Assembly: GCA_965248445.1 (NCBI GenBank) | Contig: CBDFJG010000004.1 | Span: 1,184,001-1,248,000 of the forward strand | DNA length: 64,000 nt | Direction: 5' to 3' | Origin: Planctomycetota bacterium | GTDB lineage: Bacteria; Planctomycetota; JAJSAM01; JAJVHW01 | Shown: positions 48,034-57,939 of the stretch, piece by piece | Position numbering within the stretch: position 1 is the stretch's first letter | How the letters are laid out: each line of letters begins with the position of its first letter | Notes under the pieces: model-generated | What the model was told of the DNA's origin: nothing | The model's input: the letters and a program-made list of their open reading frames with translations, nothing else | Databases searched by the model: none | Made by a program: the position numbers and the translations under genes

Positions 48034-48642
48034 ATGACGGTCGACGAAGCGGCTCCGGAGCAGATCGACGAGACCGCCGCCGACCCTGCAGGCGGCGCAG
48101 AGGACGTGCCGGCCGATCCCCGTGAGGACGGGCGCACGCGGTGCGCCTGGGTGCGCGGACATCCGGACCACTTCTTCTTCCACGACGCCGAGTGGGGACG
48201 GCTGCCGGACACCGACGGGCCGTGCTTCGAGCGCGTCCTGCTGACCTGTCTGAAGAGGGAGGCGCCGCTGGTGGACGCGCTCGATCGCCGGGCCGAGATC
48301 CACGAGGCACTGAACTCCTGGGACCCGGAAGCGCTCGCGGGAGCGAGCGACGAGATGCTCGACGGCCTCCGCGAGCGCGGCGGCCTGTTCGACGACGAGA
48401 CCGGCCTCCGCCGCCTGCGCGACGCCGCCAAGGCGTGCGTGGCCATCGCCGGTGAGTTCAAGGGCCTGCGAGGCTACTTCCTGGTGATGCCCGCCATGAC
48501 GGCGGAGCAGCAGCTCGACGATGTGGTCGAGCGGCTGCCCGGATTCACCAAGCTGGAGGCCGCTGACCTCATCCAGATGATGGGGTGCGTCGGCGGCTGC
48601 CTCGAGACGGACTCACACGACCGGGACTGCTGGATCGCCTAG
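48034..48642 (+). CDS. Divergent DNA-3-methyladenine glycosylase I (Tag)-like protein
   Basis: RCAW...HDAEWG...FE...WDP...HDRDC; the LEGxQAGLSW motif is not conserved. Confidence 0.7.
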   Translation: MTVDEAAPEQIDETAADPAGGAEDVPADPREDGRTRCAWVRGHPDHFFFHDAEWGRLPDTDGPCFERVLLTCLKREAPLVDALDRRAEIHEALNSWDPEALAGASDEMLDGLRERGGLFDDETGLRRLRDAAKACVAIAGEFKGLRGYFLVMPAMTAEQQLDDVVERLPGFTKLEAADLIQMMGCVGGCLETDSHDRDCWIA

Positions 48643-48737
48643 GCTTCCCTTTCACAGTGGCGGCGGTTCTCCCGTCCCAAATCGACGAACTGGGCTGACG
48701 GGCACGCGCGCCCGCATTGGGACACGGAGACATCGAA

Positions 48738-49742
48738 GTGATCGACGCACGCGGCCTCTCCATGCACTACGGATCCGTCACGGCGCTCGACTCCGCGACG
48801 TTCCGCGCGGAGAAGGGCGAGGTGGTCGGGCTGCTCGGCCCCAACGGCGCGGGCAAGACGACCACGATGCGCATCCTGACCACCTACCAGGTGCCGAGCG
48901 CGGGCGGGGCGACGGTGGCGGGCTTCGACGTGATCGACGAACCACTCGAGGTGCGCCGGCGCATCGGATACCTGCCCGAGTCGCTGCCGCTCTACCTCGG
49001 GATGGAGGTGCGCGAGTGCCTGACGTTCGTGGGGCGCGCCCGCGGGCTGCGCGGACGCGAACTCAAGGAGCGCACGGAGTACGTGGTCGACAAGTGCGGA
49101 CTCAGCCGCATGTTCCACACGCCGGTGCTGGAGCTGTCCAAGGGCTACCGTCAGCGCACGGGCCTGGCCCAGGCGCTCGTGCATGCGCCGGACGTCGTCA
49201 TCCTGGATGAACCGACCAGCGGTCTGGACCCCCACCAGATCCTCGAGATCCGCCGGCTCATCCGCGAACTGGCCGACGACCACACTGTGCTCCTGTCGAC
49301 GCACATCCTGCAGGAAGCCAGCGCACTCGCGGACCGGCTGATCGTGCTCTCTCGCGGCCGCATCGTCGGCGAGGGAACCGTGGCAGAACTGCGCGACGCC
49401 GCCGGTGTGCGTCCGCGCTTGACGGTCACGTTGCATGGCGACGGCGCGTCCGGCGGGATGGGCGCCATCTCGACGATGCCCGCCGCAGGTTCGGTCACGC
49501 GTCTCGACGATTGCGATGTCCCCGGTCTCGCACGCTTCGAGGCGATCGAACGGGAGCCGTCGCTCTCTGCCGACGTGGCGAAGTGGGCTCGCGAGTCCGA
49601 CCTCATGGTGACCGAGCTCGCCCGCGAGCCGGGCACGCTCGAAGACGTCTTCCTGGCGCTCACGAGGCATGCGGAGGCAGAGATCGAGCAGGAGCCCACC
49701 GCAGAACCGGCGCCGGCCGGCGAAGAAGAGGCAGCGGCATGA
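48738..49742 (+). CDS. ABC transporter ATP-binding protein (GldA-like)
   Basis: GPNGAGKTT, LSKGYRQR, ILDEPT, STH. Confidence 0.93.
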   Translation: MIDARGLSMHYGSVTALDSATFRAEKGEVVGLLGPNGAGKTTTMRILTTYQVPSAGGATVAGFDVIDEPLEVRRRIGYLPESLPLYLGMEVRECLTFVGRARGLRGRELKERTEYVVDKCGLSRMFHTPVLELSKGYRQRTGLAQALVHAPDVVILDEPTSGLDPHQILEIRRLIRELADDHTVLLSTHILQEASALADRLIVLSRGRIVGEGTVAELRDAAGVRPRLTVTLHGDGASGGMGAISTMPAAGSVTRLDDCDVPGLARFEAIEREPSLSADVAKWARESDLMVTELAREPGTLEDVFLALTRHAEAEIEQEPTAEPAPAGEEEAAA

Positions 49743-52249
49743 GCAACGTCATGACCCTGCTGCGCCGCGAGCTGGGACAGCTGTTCCGCACGCCGCTCGC
49801 GTACGTGTTCCTGATCCTGTTCGTCGTCCTCGTTCAGCTCCCGTTCCTGCTGACGCTGTTCCAGGCGCGCAGCGCCGACATGCGCCTCTTCTTCGAGGTG
49901 CTGCCCTGGATGATCGTCATCTTCGCAGCACTCGTGACGATGCGCTTGTGGGCCGAGGAGCGGCAGGAGAACACCTACGAGATGCTGCTCACGTTCCCGA
50001 TGCGGGATCGCGAGCTCGTCCTCTCGAAGTTCCTGGCCGCGTTCCTGTTCATCGCTATCGGAATAGCATGCACGCTCTCGATCCCGGTCCTGCTCATGAC
50101 CCTCGGGAATCCGGACAACGGGACGATGGTGTCGGGTTACCTGGGCGCGCTGCTCTGCGCCGCCATGTGGTGCGCCGCGGGCGTGTTCTTCTCCGGGCTG
50201 ACCCGCTCGCAGTTGCTCGCCGCACTCGTCACGTTCGTGTTCGGGATGGTCAGCCTCTTCGTCGGCGTGGACTCCGTCGCGGCGCTGATCGACGGAGCCG
50301 CCGACGGGCTCGGCGCGTGGCTACAGTCGATGGTCGGGACCTACACGCACTTCTCGGCGCTCAGCCGCGGTGTCGTCGACCTCGCGAACGTGCTGTTCTT
50401 CGTGGTCTGGATCGTCGCGTTCCTCTACCTGAACACGCTGTTCGTGGGCTGGCGCAGGCGCCCCGGATCCGCGCCGGTCCTGTCGCTCGCGACGGCGTTC
50501 GCGATCGGCTCGGCGCTGCTGGCCGGACGTCTGCTCTCCGAGACGTCCCTGGCCCGCGCCGACCTCACCGAGGACAAGCTCTTCACCCTGTCCGAGGGCA
50601 CGATCACGATCCTCAAGCAGGCCGACGTCCCCGTGCGCGCCACGTACTACGTCTCGCCCCGCGACGAGATGACCTCCGCCTACACGGACATGGAGCGCGA
50701 GGTCGTCGACCGGCTGGACGAGATCCGCATCCGCTCCGGCGGCATGCTCCAGTTCCGCGTCGTGCACATGAAGGCGGCGAACCTCGCGGCGCGGGTGCAG
50801 ACCGACGAGGAGGCCCGCGCCGAGGAGGGGGAGGACCCGCTCAAGCTGAACGACGAGGAGTCGGTCGAGAAGCGGCTGATGGACAAGGGCGTCGCCCCGT
50901 TCCCCGCGCAGGACATCGAGGCGACGGCGGTCACGAGCAAGTACATCTACTCGACACTCGGGATCTCGTACCGCGAGAAGGACGAGGAGCTGATCGCTCC
51001 GCTGCGTCCGACCGACCTGCCGGACATCGAGTACAAGATCGCGAGCACCGTGGCGCGCCTCGTGCGCGAAGCGCCGGCCCGCATTGCGCTGTACCTCGGC
51101 AAGGAACCGCTCGATCCCCAGATTGCGGCGCTCTATCAGCAGCGCGGCATCCCGATCCCCGACCCGCACTCAGAGGTCGGCGACTTCCTGCGCCACGAGA
51201 AGTACGACGTGGTGCGCACGGAACTGACGCAGCACTCCCCCATGCCGGCAAACTACGACGCGTTCATCGCCGTCGGACCGACGAACTGGGGCGAGCGGGA
51301 GCGCTGGGAGCTGAACCGCGCGCTCGCATCGGGCAAGCCGGTGCTGCTGGCCGTGCAGCGCTACACGTGGGACTACCGCGAAGCGCGCGGCGGTGGCGTG
51401 TCGGTGAAGCGACAGGACGCCGCGGTCGGCATCGACGACGTGCTGGGCCCTCAGGGCATCGACGTCTCGCGCCAGATCCTCATGCAGGACAAGAACGCGG
51501 TCCAGCTCACAGTGCCCGGCGGCAGCGGGTTGCGCGCGCTGCTCGGCATGCCGGTCAAGGTGCCGATGCACATCGGCGTCGGACAGGCCGAGATGCACCC
51601 GGAGAGCACGATCGTCGATCGCCTCGGCGACATGCTCTACCTCTGGGGCACAGGGCTCGCTCTCGAGCAGTCGAAGCTGAATGAACGCGGATTCAAGGTG
51701 ACCACGCTCGTCGAGACGACGGACGAGGCGTGGACCATGCCCCCAGACGGGAACCTGCGCGACTACATCGCGAGGGACGGACAGTCGTTCGGGCGCTTCC
51801 CGCTCGTCGCGCTGATCGAGGGACAGTTCGACGACCGTTACGGCGGCCGGGAACGGCCGAAGTGGCCGCCAAAGATCGAGATGTCGCCCGGCGGCCGTCC
51901 GCGGCCCGCACCGCCGGATCTCCCGGAGACGCCTCTCGTCACAGCGCCCGGGAAGCTGCTGCTCGCCGGTTCCTCGCGCATGTGGCAGAACGGCATCGTG
52001 CGGAGTCCCGCCAACGGGAACCTGCTGCTGAACTCCGTCGCCGCGCTGACGCTCGATCCCGCGCTGCTGACCGTGCGCTCCAAGAAGCCGACGCCGCGCT
52101 CGTTCCCCGAGGCCTCGTCGATGACCGCGCTGTTCGGACGGGGTGTGCCGCTCGTGCTCGTGCCGCTGCTGATCATCGCGTTCGGGCTCATCGTCGGTGT
52201 GCTGCGGATGCGCGCCCGCGAGTCCTGGAACAAGGAACACGGGAGGTAG
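49739..52249 (+). CDS. Fused ABC-2 permease (GldF-like) and GldG-like auxiliary domain
   Basis: TMRLWAEER..TYEMLLT.P; then DLTEDKLFTLSEGT, EY.IAS; C-terminal TM. Confidence 0.85.
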   Translation: MSNVMTLLRRELGQLFRTPLAYVFLILFVVLVQLPFLLTLFQARSADMRLFFEVLPWMIVIFAALVTMRLWAEERQENTYEMLLTFPMRDRELVLSKFLAAFLFIAIGIACTLSIPVLLMTLGNPDNGTMVSGYLGALLCAAMWCAAGVFFSGLTRSQLLAALVTFVFGMVSLFVGVDSVAALIDGAADGLGAWLQSMVGTYTHFSALSRGVVDLANVLFFVVWIVAFLYLNTLFVGWRRRPGSAPVLSLATAFAIGSALLAGRLLSETSLARADLTEDKLFTLSEGTITILKQADVPVRATYYVSPRDEMTSAYTDMEREVVDRLDEIRIRSGGMLQFRVVHMKAANLAARVQTDEEARAEEGEDPLKLNDEESVEKRLMDKGVAPFPAQDIEATAVTSKYIYSTLGISYREKDEELIAPLRPTDLPDIEYKIASTVARLVREAPARIALYLGKEPLDPQIAALYQQRGIPIPDPHSEVGDFLRHEKYDVVRTELTQHSPMPANYDAFIAVGPTNWGERERWELNRALASGKPVLLAVQRYTWDYREARGGGVSVKRQDAAVGIDDVLGPQGIDVSRQILMQDKNAVQLTVPGGSGLRALLGMPVKVPMHIGVGQAEMHPESTIVDRLGDMLYLWGTGLALEQSKLNERGFKVTTLVETTDEAWTMPPDGNLRDYIARDGQSFGRFPLVALIEGQFDDRYGGRERPKWPPKIEMSPGGRPRPAPPDLPETPLVTAPGKLLLAGSSRMWQNGIVRSPANGNLLLNSVAALTLDPALLTVRSKKPTPRSFPEASSMTALFGRGVPLVLVPLLIIAFGLIVGVLRMRARESWNKEHGR

Positions 52250-52251
52250 CC

Positions 52252-54117
52252 GTGAGACACGTCAGCTTCCTCGCCCTCCTCTTCCTGACGCTCCTCTGCC
52301 TGGTGATCTGGAAGGAGGCCACCCGCCCCGAGGCCGGCGCTCTCTCGAGCGAGGTCGAGCTCGTCCCGGTGCGCGCCATCGAATTCAAAGCGGACGACTG
52401 CGCGCGGATCGAGGTCGCCGGGCCGGACGGAGACGGGTCGTTCGTGCTCGTGAACCGGGACGGCCGCTGGCTCTCCGAGACCCCGTTCGAGGCGCCGGCT
52501 GCCGCGGGCGTGGTCACGTCGCTGATCGAAGGCGTGATCGCGGCCCGCGGTGAGTTGCGGATCGATGACGGAGCGAAGCTCGCCAAGTTCGATGTGTCGC
52601 CGGACCGCGCCACCACGGTGCGGATGACCAACGCGGCGGGCAGCGTGCTCGCCGACCTCGCCATCGGGCGGAACTCCGGACCGAGCGGCGCGTTCGTCCG
52701 GCTCCTGCGGGACGGCGCCAACAAGGGCGCCGTGTACGCCGTGACGGCCGACCTCCGCTCCGCGCTCGGCCTGCCCAGGACCGCCGTTGGTGCAACGGAG
52801 CCCGCGACGCCCGACGTCACGCACTTCTACGACCTCTCGATCCCCGAACTCGCGATCGACGGCACGCAGGAACTGCACCTGTCGACGCCGCTCTGGTCGC
52901 TGAAGCTCGGCAAGGAGTCCGGCGTCTGGAACGTCACCGCGGGCGGTCCTGCGGGTGTCCCGTTCAAGGCGCGCGGTGCACAGGACATCGTGTCGCAGTT
53001 GGCCGGAGCTCTGAGTGCGAGCGGTCTCGTGGACCCGGCCCGCCGCGACGAGGTGGGACTGGACGCGCCCCAGTACGAGGTCGCTGTCGTGCTCGCGGAC
53101 GGGAAGGAACGCCGGGCATTCGGCGCCCGGGACGCTGAGGGCGAGAAGTTCTACGTCCGTCTGGACTCGGAGCAGCAGCCGGACGTCGTTTACGAGTGCG
53201 AGTCGTGGCAGTGGCGGCGTCTGTTCCCGCAGGGCTCGGTGCTGTTCGAGTTCCCCGCTCTCGGCGGCGACGACGCGGACGTCGATCGCGTGGCAATCGC
53301 GCGGCTCGGCACGAGTCAGTCGAGCACGGAGCTCGTCCGCCCGGGTGGTCCGGGCACGGAGTGGACGATCCGGTCGCCGCAATGGGGTCTGGCGCCGGCA
53401 CGCTCCCCCATCAACACGCTCACGTCACTTCTGCGCTCGGCACGTGCCGTGGACTGGTCCTCCACGCCCCCGAGTTCGATGCTCCCGGAGATCACGATCA
53501 GCTACGGCCGCGCGGACGCCGACGACGCGGACCTGCAGCGGATACTGATCGGGCCGACGATCGAGGGCCGCGAGGAACGCCTCGCCGTGCTGCCCAATCT
53601 GCCGAACGTCACGGTCGTCATCGCCAACGCGACGGCAGAGCGGCTGGCGCCCGATGCGCTCGAGTTGTTCGCGGACGACGTTCTTCACGAGCTGACGCAG
53701 GAGGACATCGTCTCCGTGCGCGTGAAGGAGAACGGCGCCGAGTCGTTCCGCATCGACCGCAAGGCAGACAAGTCCTGGGAGCTCGTCACCGGCGAGGTGA
53801 CATCAAAGGCCTCACCGGTCCTCACGACGCTGTGGATGGACGAGCTGTTCTCCCTCGCGGCGACGGACCGCACCGACTACCCGACGCCCGCCGAGGTCGA
53901 AGTCGAACTGGTCGGAGATCTCGGCGCGTCGAAGACGATCGGGCTGTCGAAGTACAACGAGGGCTCCGTCGTGCACTTGACCGGCGCGACGTTCATGGTG
54001 GAGACGACGCTCGACAGGCTCGTGGCTGACCCGGAGACACTGCGCGTCGCCGACGATCCGCCGCCAGAGGACGACACCCCAGAAGACGACACCCCGGAAG
54101 ACGATACGGAGGAGTGA
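52252..54117 (+). CDS. DUF4340-type periplasmic partner of the Gld-like ABC system
   Basis: N-terminal TM, repeated GLDAP/IG modules, operon position; (PEDDT)3 tail. Confidence 0.75.
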   Translation: MRHVSFLALLFLTLLCLVIWKEATRPEAGALSSEVELVPVRAIEFKADDCARIEVAGPDGDGSFVLVNRDGRWLSETPFEAPAAAGVVTSLIEGVIAARGELRIDDGAKLAKFDVSPDRATTVRMTNAAGSVLADLAIGRNSGPSGAFVRLLRDGANKGAVYAVTADLRSALGLPRTAVGATEPATPDVTHFYDLSIPELAIDGTQELHLSTPLWSLKLGKESGVWNVTAGGPAGVPFKARGAQDIVSQLAGALSASGLVDPARRDEVGLDAPQYEVAVVLADGKERRAFGARDAEGEKFYVRLDSEQQPDVVYECESWQWRRLFPQGSVLFEFPALGGDDADVDRVAIARLGTSQSSTELVRPGGPGTEWTIRSPQWGLAPARSPINTLTSLLRSARAVDWSSTPPSSMLPEITISYGRADADDADLQRILIGPTIEGREERLAVLPNLPNVTVVIANATAERLAPDALELFADDVLHELTQEDIVSVRVKENGAESFRIDRKADKSWELVTGEVTSKASPVLTTLWMDELFSLAATDRTDYPTPAEVEVELVGDLGASKTIGLSKYNEGSVVHLTGATFMVETTLDRLVADPETLRVADDPPPEDDTPEDDTPEDDTEE

Positions 54118-54118
54118 C

Positions 54119-54664
54119 GTGACGCGCGTGCTGGTACCGCTCGCTCCCGGTTTCGAGGAAATCGAGGCCGTCACCATCATCGACGTCCTGCGCCGCGGCG
54201 GGCTGGACGTGACGACCGCCTCGCTCGGCGACACCGCGGTCCGCGGCGCCCACGACATCGTCGTCAACGCGGACACGACCCTCGACGAGGCGGCCGGTCC
54301 GTTCGATGCCGTGGTCCTGCCCGGCGGGATCCCGGGCGCCACCAACCTGCGCGACGACCAGCGCGTGCGCTCGCTGCTCTGCGACGTGGTCGCGGCCGGA
54401 GGCACCGCCGCCGCGATCTGCGCGGCTCCCATCGCACTCGAAGCCGCCGGTCTCCTGAAGGACCGCCGTGCAACGTCCTATCCGTCGTTCCGCGATCAGC
54501 TCGTCTCGGCCGCGTCCCGCGAGGACGCGCGCGTTGTCGTCGACGGTCCCATCGTCACGAGCGCGGGGCCCGGCACCGCCCTCGAGTTCGCAACTGCGCT
54601 CGTCGAGCGCTTCGTCGGCAAGGAGACGGCCGACGCACTGCGACAAGGCATGCTCGTCGCCTGA
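54119..54664 (+). CDS. DJ-1/YajL (ThiJ) family glyoxalase
   Basis: GFEEIEA..IIDVLRR, LPGG.PG, AAICAAP, TS.GPGT. Confidence 0.92.
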   Translation: MTRVLVPLAPGFEEIEAVTIIDVLRRGGLDVTTASLGDTAVRGAHDIVVNADTTLDEAAGPFDAVVLPGGIPGATNLRDDQRVRSLLCDVVAAGGTAAAICAAPIALEAAGLLKDRRATSYPSFRDQLVSAASREDARVVVDGPIVTSAGPGTALEFATALVERFVGKETADALRQGMLVA

Positions 54665-54988
54665 CCGGCGCCCGCGTGCATCATGGGGCAATGCGGCGCA
54701 TGCTGCCTGCCCTTCTGCTCGCATGCGTGCTCGTCGCGTGCGGTGACGAGCCTGCGCCGGTCGGTCCGTCCGCCGGCGACGAGGATGGGGACGTGGTTCG
54801 CCGAGTGGGGCCCGGAACTCGTCCGATCCGATCTGCTGTCCGACGACGCCTGGCAGGAGTACGCACCGCGGCCGCGCGGCATGCGCTGAGCGGAGCCCGC
54901 GCGTCACCAATGCAGGGCTGCGCACGTCCTGTTGCCTGAGGAGTCGGGTCTCCGCTTCAGCGGGAAATGTGACCATAATCTTATGACC

Positions 54989-55234
54989 ATGACGAAGGCA
55001 CCCCGCACGATCCCGGCAGGGAAGTTCAAGGCCACCTGCCTCGCGCTGCTGGACGAGGTGGCCCGGACGGGTCGCCCCCTGATCGTGACCAAGCACGGCC
55101 GGCCGGTCGCGCAGGTGGTGCCTCTGGACGACGCCGAACCTCCGTCGCTGCTCGGAAGTGTCAAGTGGGAAGGCGACCTCACCGCGCCGCTCGACCTCGA
55201 GTGGGAGGTGATGCGCGGCCTGGACGACGAGTGA
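54989..55234 (+). CDS. Phd/YefM-family antitoxin (VapB-like)
   Basis: AGKFKATCLALLDEV...IVTKHGRPVA. Confidence 0.9.
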   Translation: MTKAPRTIPAGKFKATCLALLDEVARTGRPLIVTKHGRPVAQVVPLDDAEPPSLLGSVKWEGDLTAPLDLEWEVMRGLDDE

Positions 55235-55620
55235 TCGTCGTCGACACGCATGCGTGGATCTGGCTCGCGACCGCGCCCGAGGAACTCAGCCGCCGTGCTC
55301 ATGGCTCGCTGCAACGGGCGCCGAGGATCGGCGTTCCGGCCATCGCGTGCTGGGAGGTGGCCATGCTGGCGGAGCGGGGACGCGTCGAACTCGATCGCGA
55401 GGTCACGGACTGGATCGATCCACCAGGCCCTGGCGCTGCCGACGGTCAATCTCCTCCCCATCACGCCCGAGGTGGCGGTCCACGCCGGGCAGCTTCTCAC
55501 AACGGCGCTCCGGGATCCGATCGACCTGCTGATCGCCGCGACGGGCAGGTGCACGCGGCACCCCTCGTCACGAAGGAACGGAAGCTGCGCGCAACGCCCG
55601 GCATCACGACGCTCTGGTGA
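55231..55620 (+). pseudogene. vapC: VapC/PIN toxin with two compensating frameshifts
   Basis: MIVVDTHAWIW...CWEVAML; the native LPITPEVA...RDPIDLLIAAT segment lies in another frame between 55417 and about 55546. Confidence 0.85.
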
Positions 55621-55667
55621 ACCGACCTCTCAGAGCATCCGCTGGAGGATCGCGCGGTCGCCTTGAG

Positions 55668-57233
55668 TCAGTTCGGATCGATCGGCGACCCGTCGCCGTC
55701 GAGGAGCGTCCTCGTCGTGCTGACGTCTGGGGTGTTCCCGGTGAACGTCGATTCGTCAAGACGGGTACTGAGCGCGAGATTCAGGAGACCCGCACCATCG
55801 CAACCGCGGACGACGCAGTCCTGCACGAGGTTCGAGACACCGGACTGCACGACAATCCCGTTCGCGCCCCCGTTCACGGCCTGGTTGCCCACGATCTCGT
55901 TGCTGTATCCGTCGACGATCACGCTCGATCCGTCGAACCCGGTGAGGTGGTTTTCCGAGATCAGATTGTGCGCGCCGTCGATCGCAAGCCCGTCGCCGGC
56001 GCCGCGACGCAAGGTGTTGTCGCTCACCACGTTGCGGTTGCCCAGGACCGAGATTCCGCACGTCCCGGCGCCGATCACGCGGTTCTCCGTCACCGTGTTC
56101 TCGTTGCCCGTGATCGCGAACGACTCGCCGCCCAAACGCCGCGCTGAGTCCGTGTTCCCGGATACGACGCCGCCGTTCATCTCCACGACGAAACCGTCGC
56201 CACCGACTCGTCGCACGTGGTTGTCGACGACGGCGCCCGCACCCTCCGCGCGTGCGACCACCCCGGGGCAGCCCGGCGCCAAGCCGACGAACACGCGGCG
56301 AGCGCCCTCGCGGTTCGGGTCATCGCGACTCTCGAACACCCGAGCGCCCATCCCCAAGCGGTTGGACTGGATGCGGAACGCATCGCCCTCTACCACCACG
56401 CCCTGCACCGAGAACCGCGTCCGGTTCCCGTCCACGACGGCTCTGTCTCCGGCGATGGTGATCGCGGCGTCGACGTCGGCGAAGCGATTGGACTCCACGT
56501 GCGCGTCGTCCCCGTCGATTCGTGCGGACCAGCCGATGTCGCTGTAGCGGTTCCGACGCATCACCGTCCCGTCCCCTTGCACCGACAGGGCGTCGTCGAG
56601 GTCCGTGAACTTGCACCGTTCGATGCGGTGGCGGTCGCCGCGAAGCGTCACGGCAGCCCCTTCGATGTAACCTTCGCGTGCGTGCAGGCGCTTCAAGGTC
56701 GCGTCATTGCCGCGCACGCAGAGTGTGCTCCCGCGATCGACGATGCTGCGTGAGACACCGGCGTGGTCGCCGCGAATTTCGAGAGCACCGCGGCGCACGT
56801 TGGACCGCGAGAAGGTCGCGTTGTCGCCCACGATCGTCAGCGATGCGATCGAGCGCTTCGGGTCCATCGCCTGGTGCAGTCGAAGCGTCACGTTGCGGAT
56901 CGCGATGCCGTCGCCTCGAAGAGTCGCGGTACCCGTCAGCACGGCGCGGTCGCCGTAACCGTCGCGTGTGTTCTGACGCGGGCCGTGTTCTCCGTACAGC
57001 GTCGGCCGGAAACTGCGGGGTCCTTCGATCGTGACGCCGGACACGTCGTGGACGCCGCTGGGCAGCAAGTGAACTCCGTCGGCCAGCCGGATGCGGTCGC
57101 CCGGCCGGGATATCTCGAGAGCGGTGGCGATGTCCGGCGTCCTCTCGCTCGGAACGCGCAGGGTGTCTGCACGCGCCACACCGGCGAGGCCGGTGACGCA
57201 GACCGTCAGTCCGATGCAAAGCCGCTTGGTCAT
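55668..57233 (-). CDS. Secreted right-handed parallel beta-helix protein
   Basis: Signal peptide, DTLRVP..I..A...PGD.I.L..G start, Asn-ladder repeats (N.V..N). Confidence 0.8.
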   Translation of the reverse strand: MTKRLCIGLTVCVTGLAGVARADTLRVPSERTPDIATALEISRPGDRIRLADGVHLLPSGVHDVSGVTIEGPRSFRPTLYGEHGPRQNTRDGYGDRAVLTGTATLRGDGIAIRNVTLRLHQAMDPKRSIASLTIVGDNATFSRSNVRRGALEIRGDHAGVSRSIVDRGSTLCVRGNDATLKRLHAREGYIEGAAVTLRGDRHRIERCKFTDLDDALSVQGDGTVMRRNRYSDIGWSARIDGDDAHVESNRFADVDAAITIAGDRAVVDGNRTRFSVQGVVVEGDAFRIQSNRLGMGARVFESRDDPNREGARRVFVGLAPGCPGVVARAEGAGAVVDNHVRRVGGDGFVVEMNGGVVSGNTDSARRLGGESFAITGNENTVTENRVIGAGTCGISVLGNRNVVSDNTLRRGAGDGLAIDGAHNLISENHLTGFDGSSVIVDGYSNEIVGNQAVNGGANGIVVQSGVSNLVQDCVVRGCDGAGLLNLALSTRLDESTFTGNTPDVSTTRTLLDGDGSPIDPN

Positions 57234-57360
57234 GTCGGTTCTCCCGTGGTGACGCGACTCCCCATCCCGGTTTAGATCGCGGCAGGCGCCCAATCCGAAC
57301 GTAGATTCTAGATCAAGTTTGCAGGCTTGACCGAGAAGCCGTCCGACGCAGACTGGATGG

Positions 57361-57939
57361 GTGCAGATCGCCTTCGCCGAACTACTGCGACGCGCCAAGT
57401 CGGGTGACGACGAAGCGGTCTCCGAGCTGCACGAGCGCTACGCGCCCCTGGTGCTCGGGAGAGCGAGGAGACGGCTCACCCCGTTCTTGCGGAGGCGCGA
57501 CGACACCGAGGACATCCGGCAGTCGGTGTTCGGGGACGTTCTTCGCGGTCTTACCGGAGTCGAGGACCGCGGCGAGGCGGCGTTCCGGCACTGGCTGCTC
57601 ATCAAGGTGGAGAACAAGATCCGAGATCGACTCCGCCGGCAGCTGAACCGCAACGGGCAACACCGCGAAACGGCCCTGCGGAGCGGCGCGGCTGAGCAAC
57701 TTCGGTGTCAGGAACGGGGGCCGGCATCGGAGGCGGCGCGACTGGACGACCGCGCGCGCATCGCCGGCCTGCTCGGGTCGTTGGACGAGATGGACCGACA
57801 CGTGCTGCAACTTCGTGCACGCCAGTGCCTGCCGTTCGGGGAGGTGGCGCGCGCCGCCGGACTTCCCAGCGCAGACGCTGCGCGCATGCGCTACGTGCGC
57901 GCGCTGGTGGCCTTGCGGGCGGCATGGAAACGCGCCTGA
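57361..57939 (+). CDS. ECF sigma factor, kinase-associated type
   Basis: LLRRA..GD..A..EL..RY, DTEDIRQSV, FRHWL...NKIRD..R, GPASEA, region 4; overlaps the kinase start. Start codon uncertain. Confidence 0.85.
   Translation: MQIAFAELLRRAKSGDDEAVSELHERYAPLVLGRARRRLTPFLRRRDDTEDIRQSVFGDVLRGLTGVEDRGEAAFRHWLLIKVENKIRDRLRRQLNRNGQHRETALRSGAAEQLRCQERGPASEAARLDDRARIAGLLGSLDEMDRHVLQLRARQCLPFGEVARAAGLPSADAARMRYVRALVALRAAWKRA

Noticed and set aside
54064..54110. 15-bp tandem repeat (PEDDT)3
   Set aside because: In-frame low-complexity acidic tail with no evidence of a special role.
54690..54939. Small lipoprotein (LVAC lipobox)
   Set aside because: Plausible signal, but the reading degenerates after about 35 codons; likely a remnant that cannot be called.
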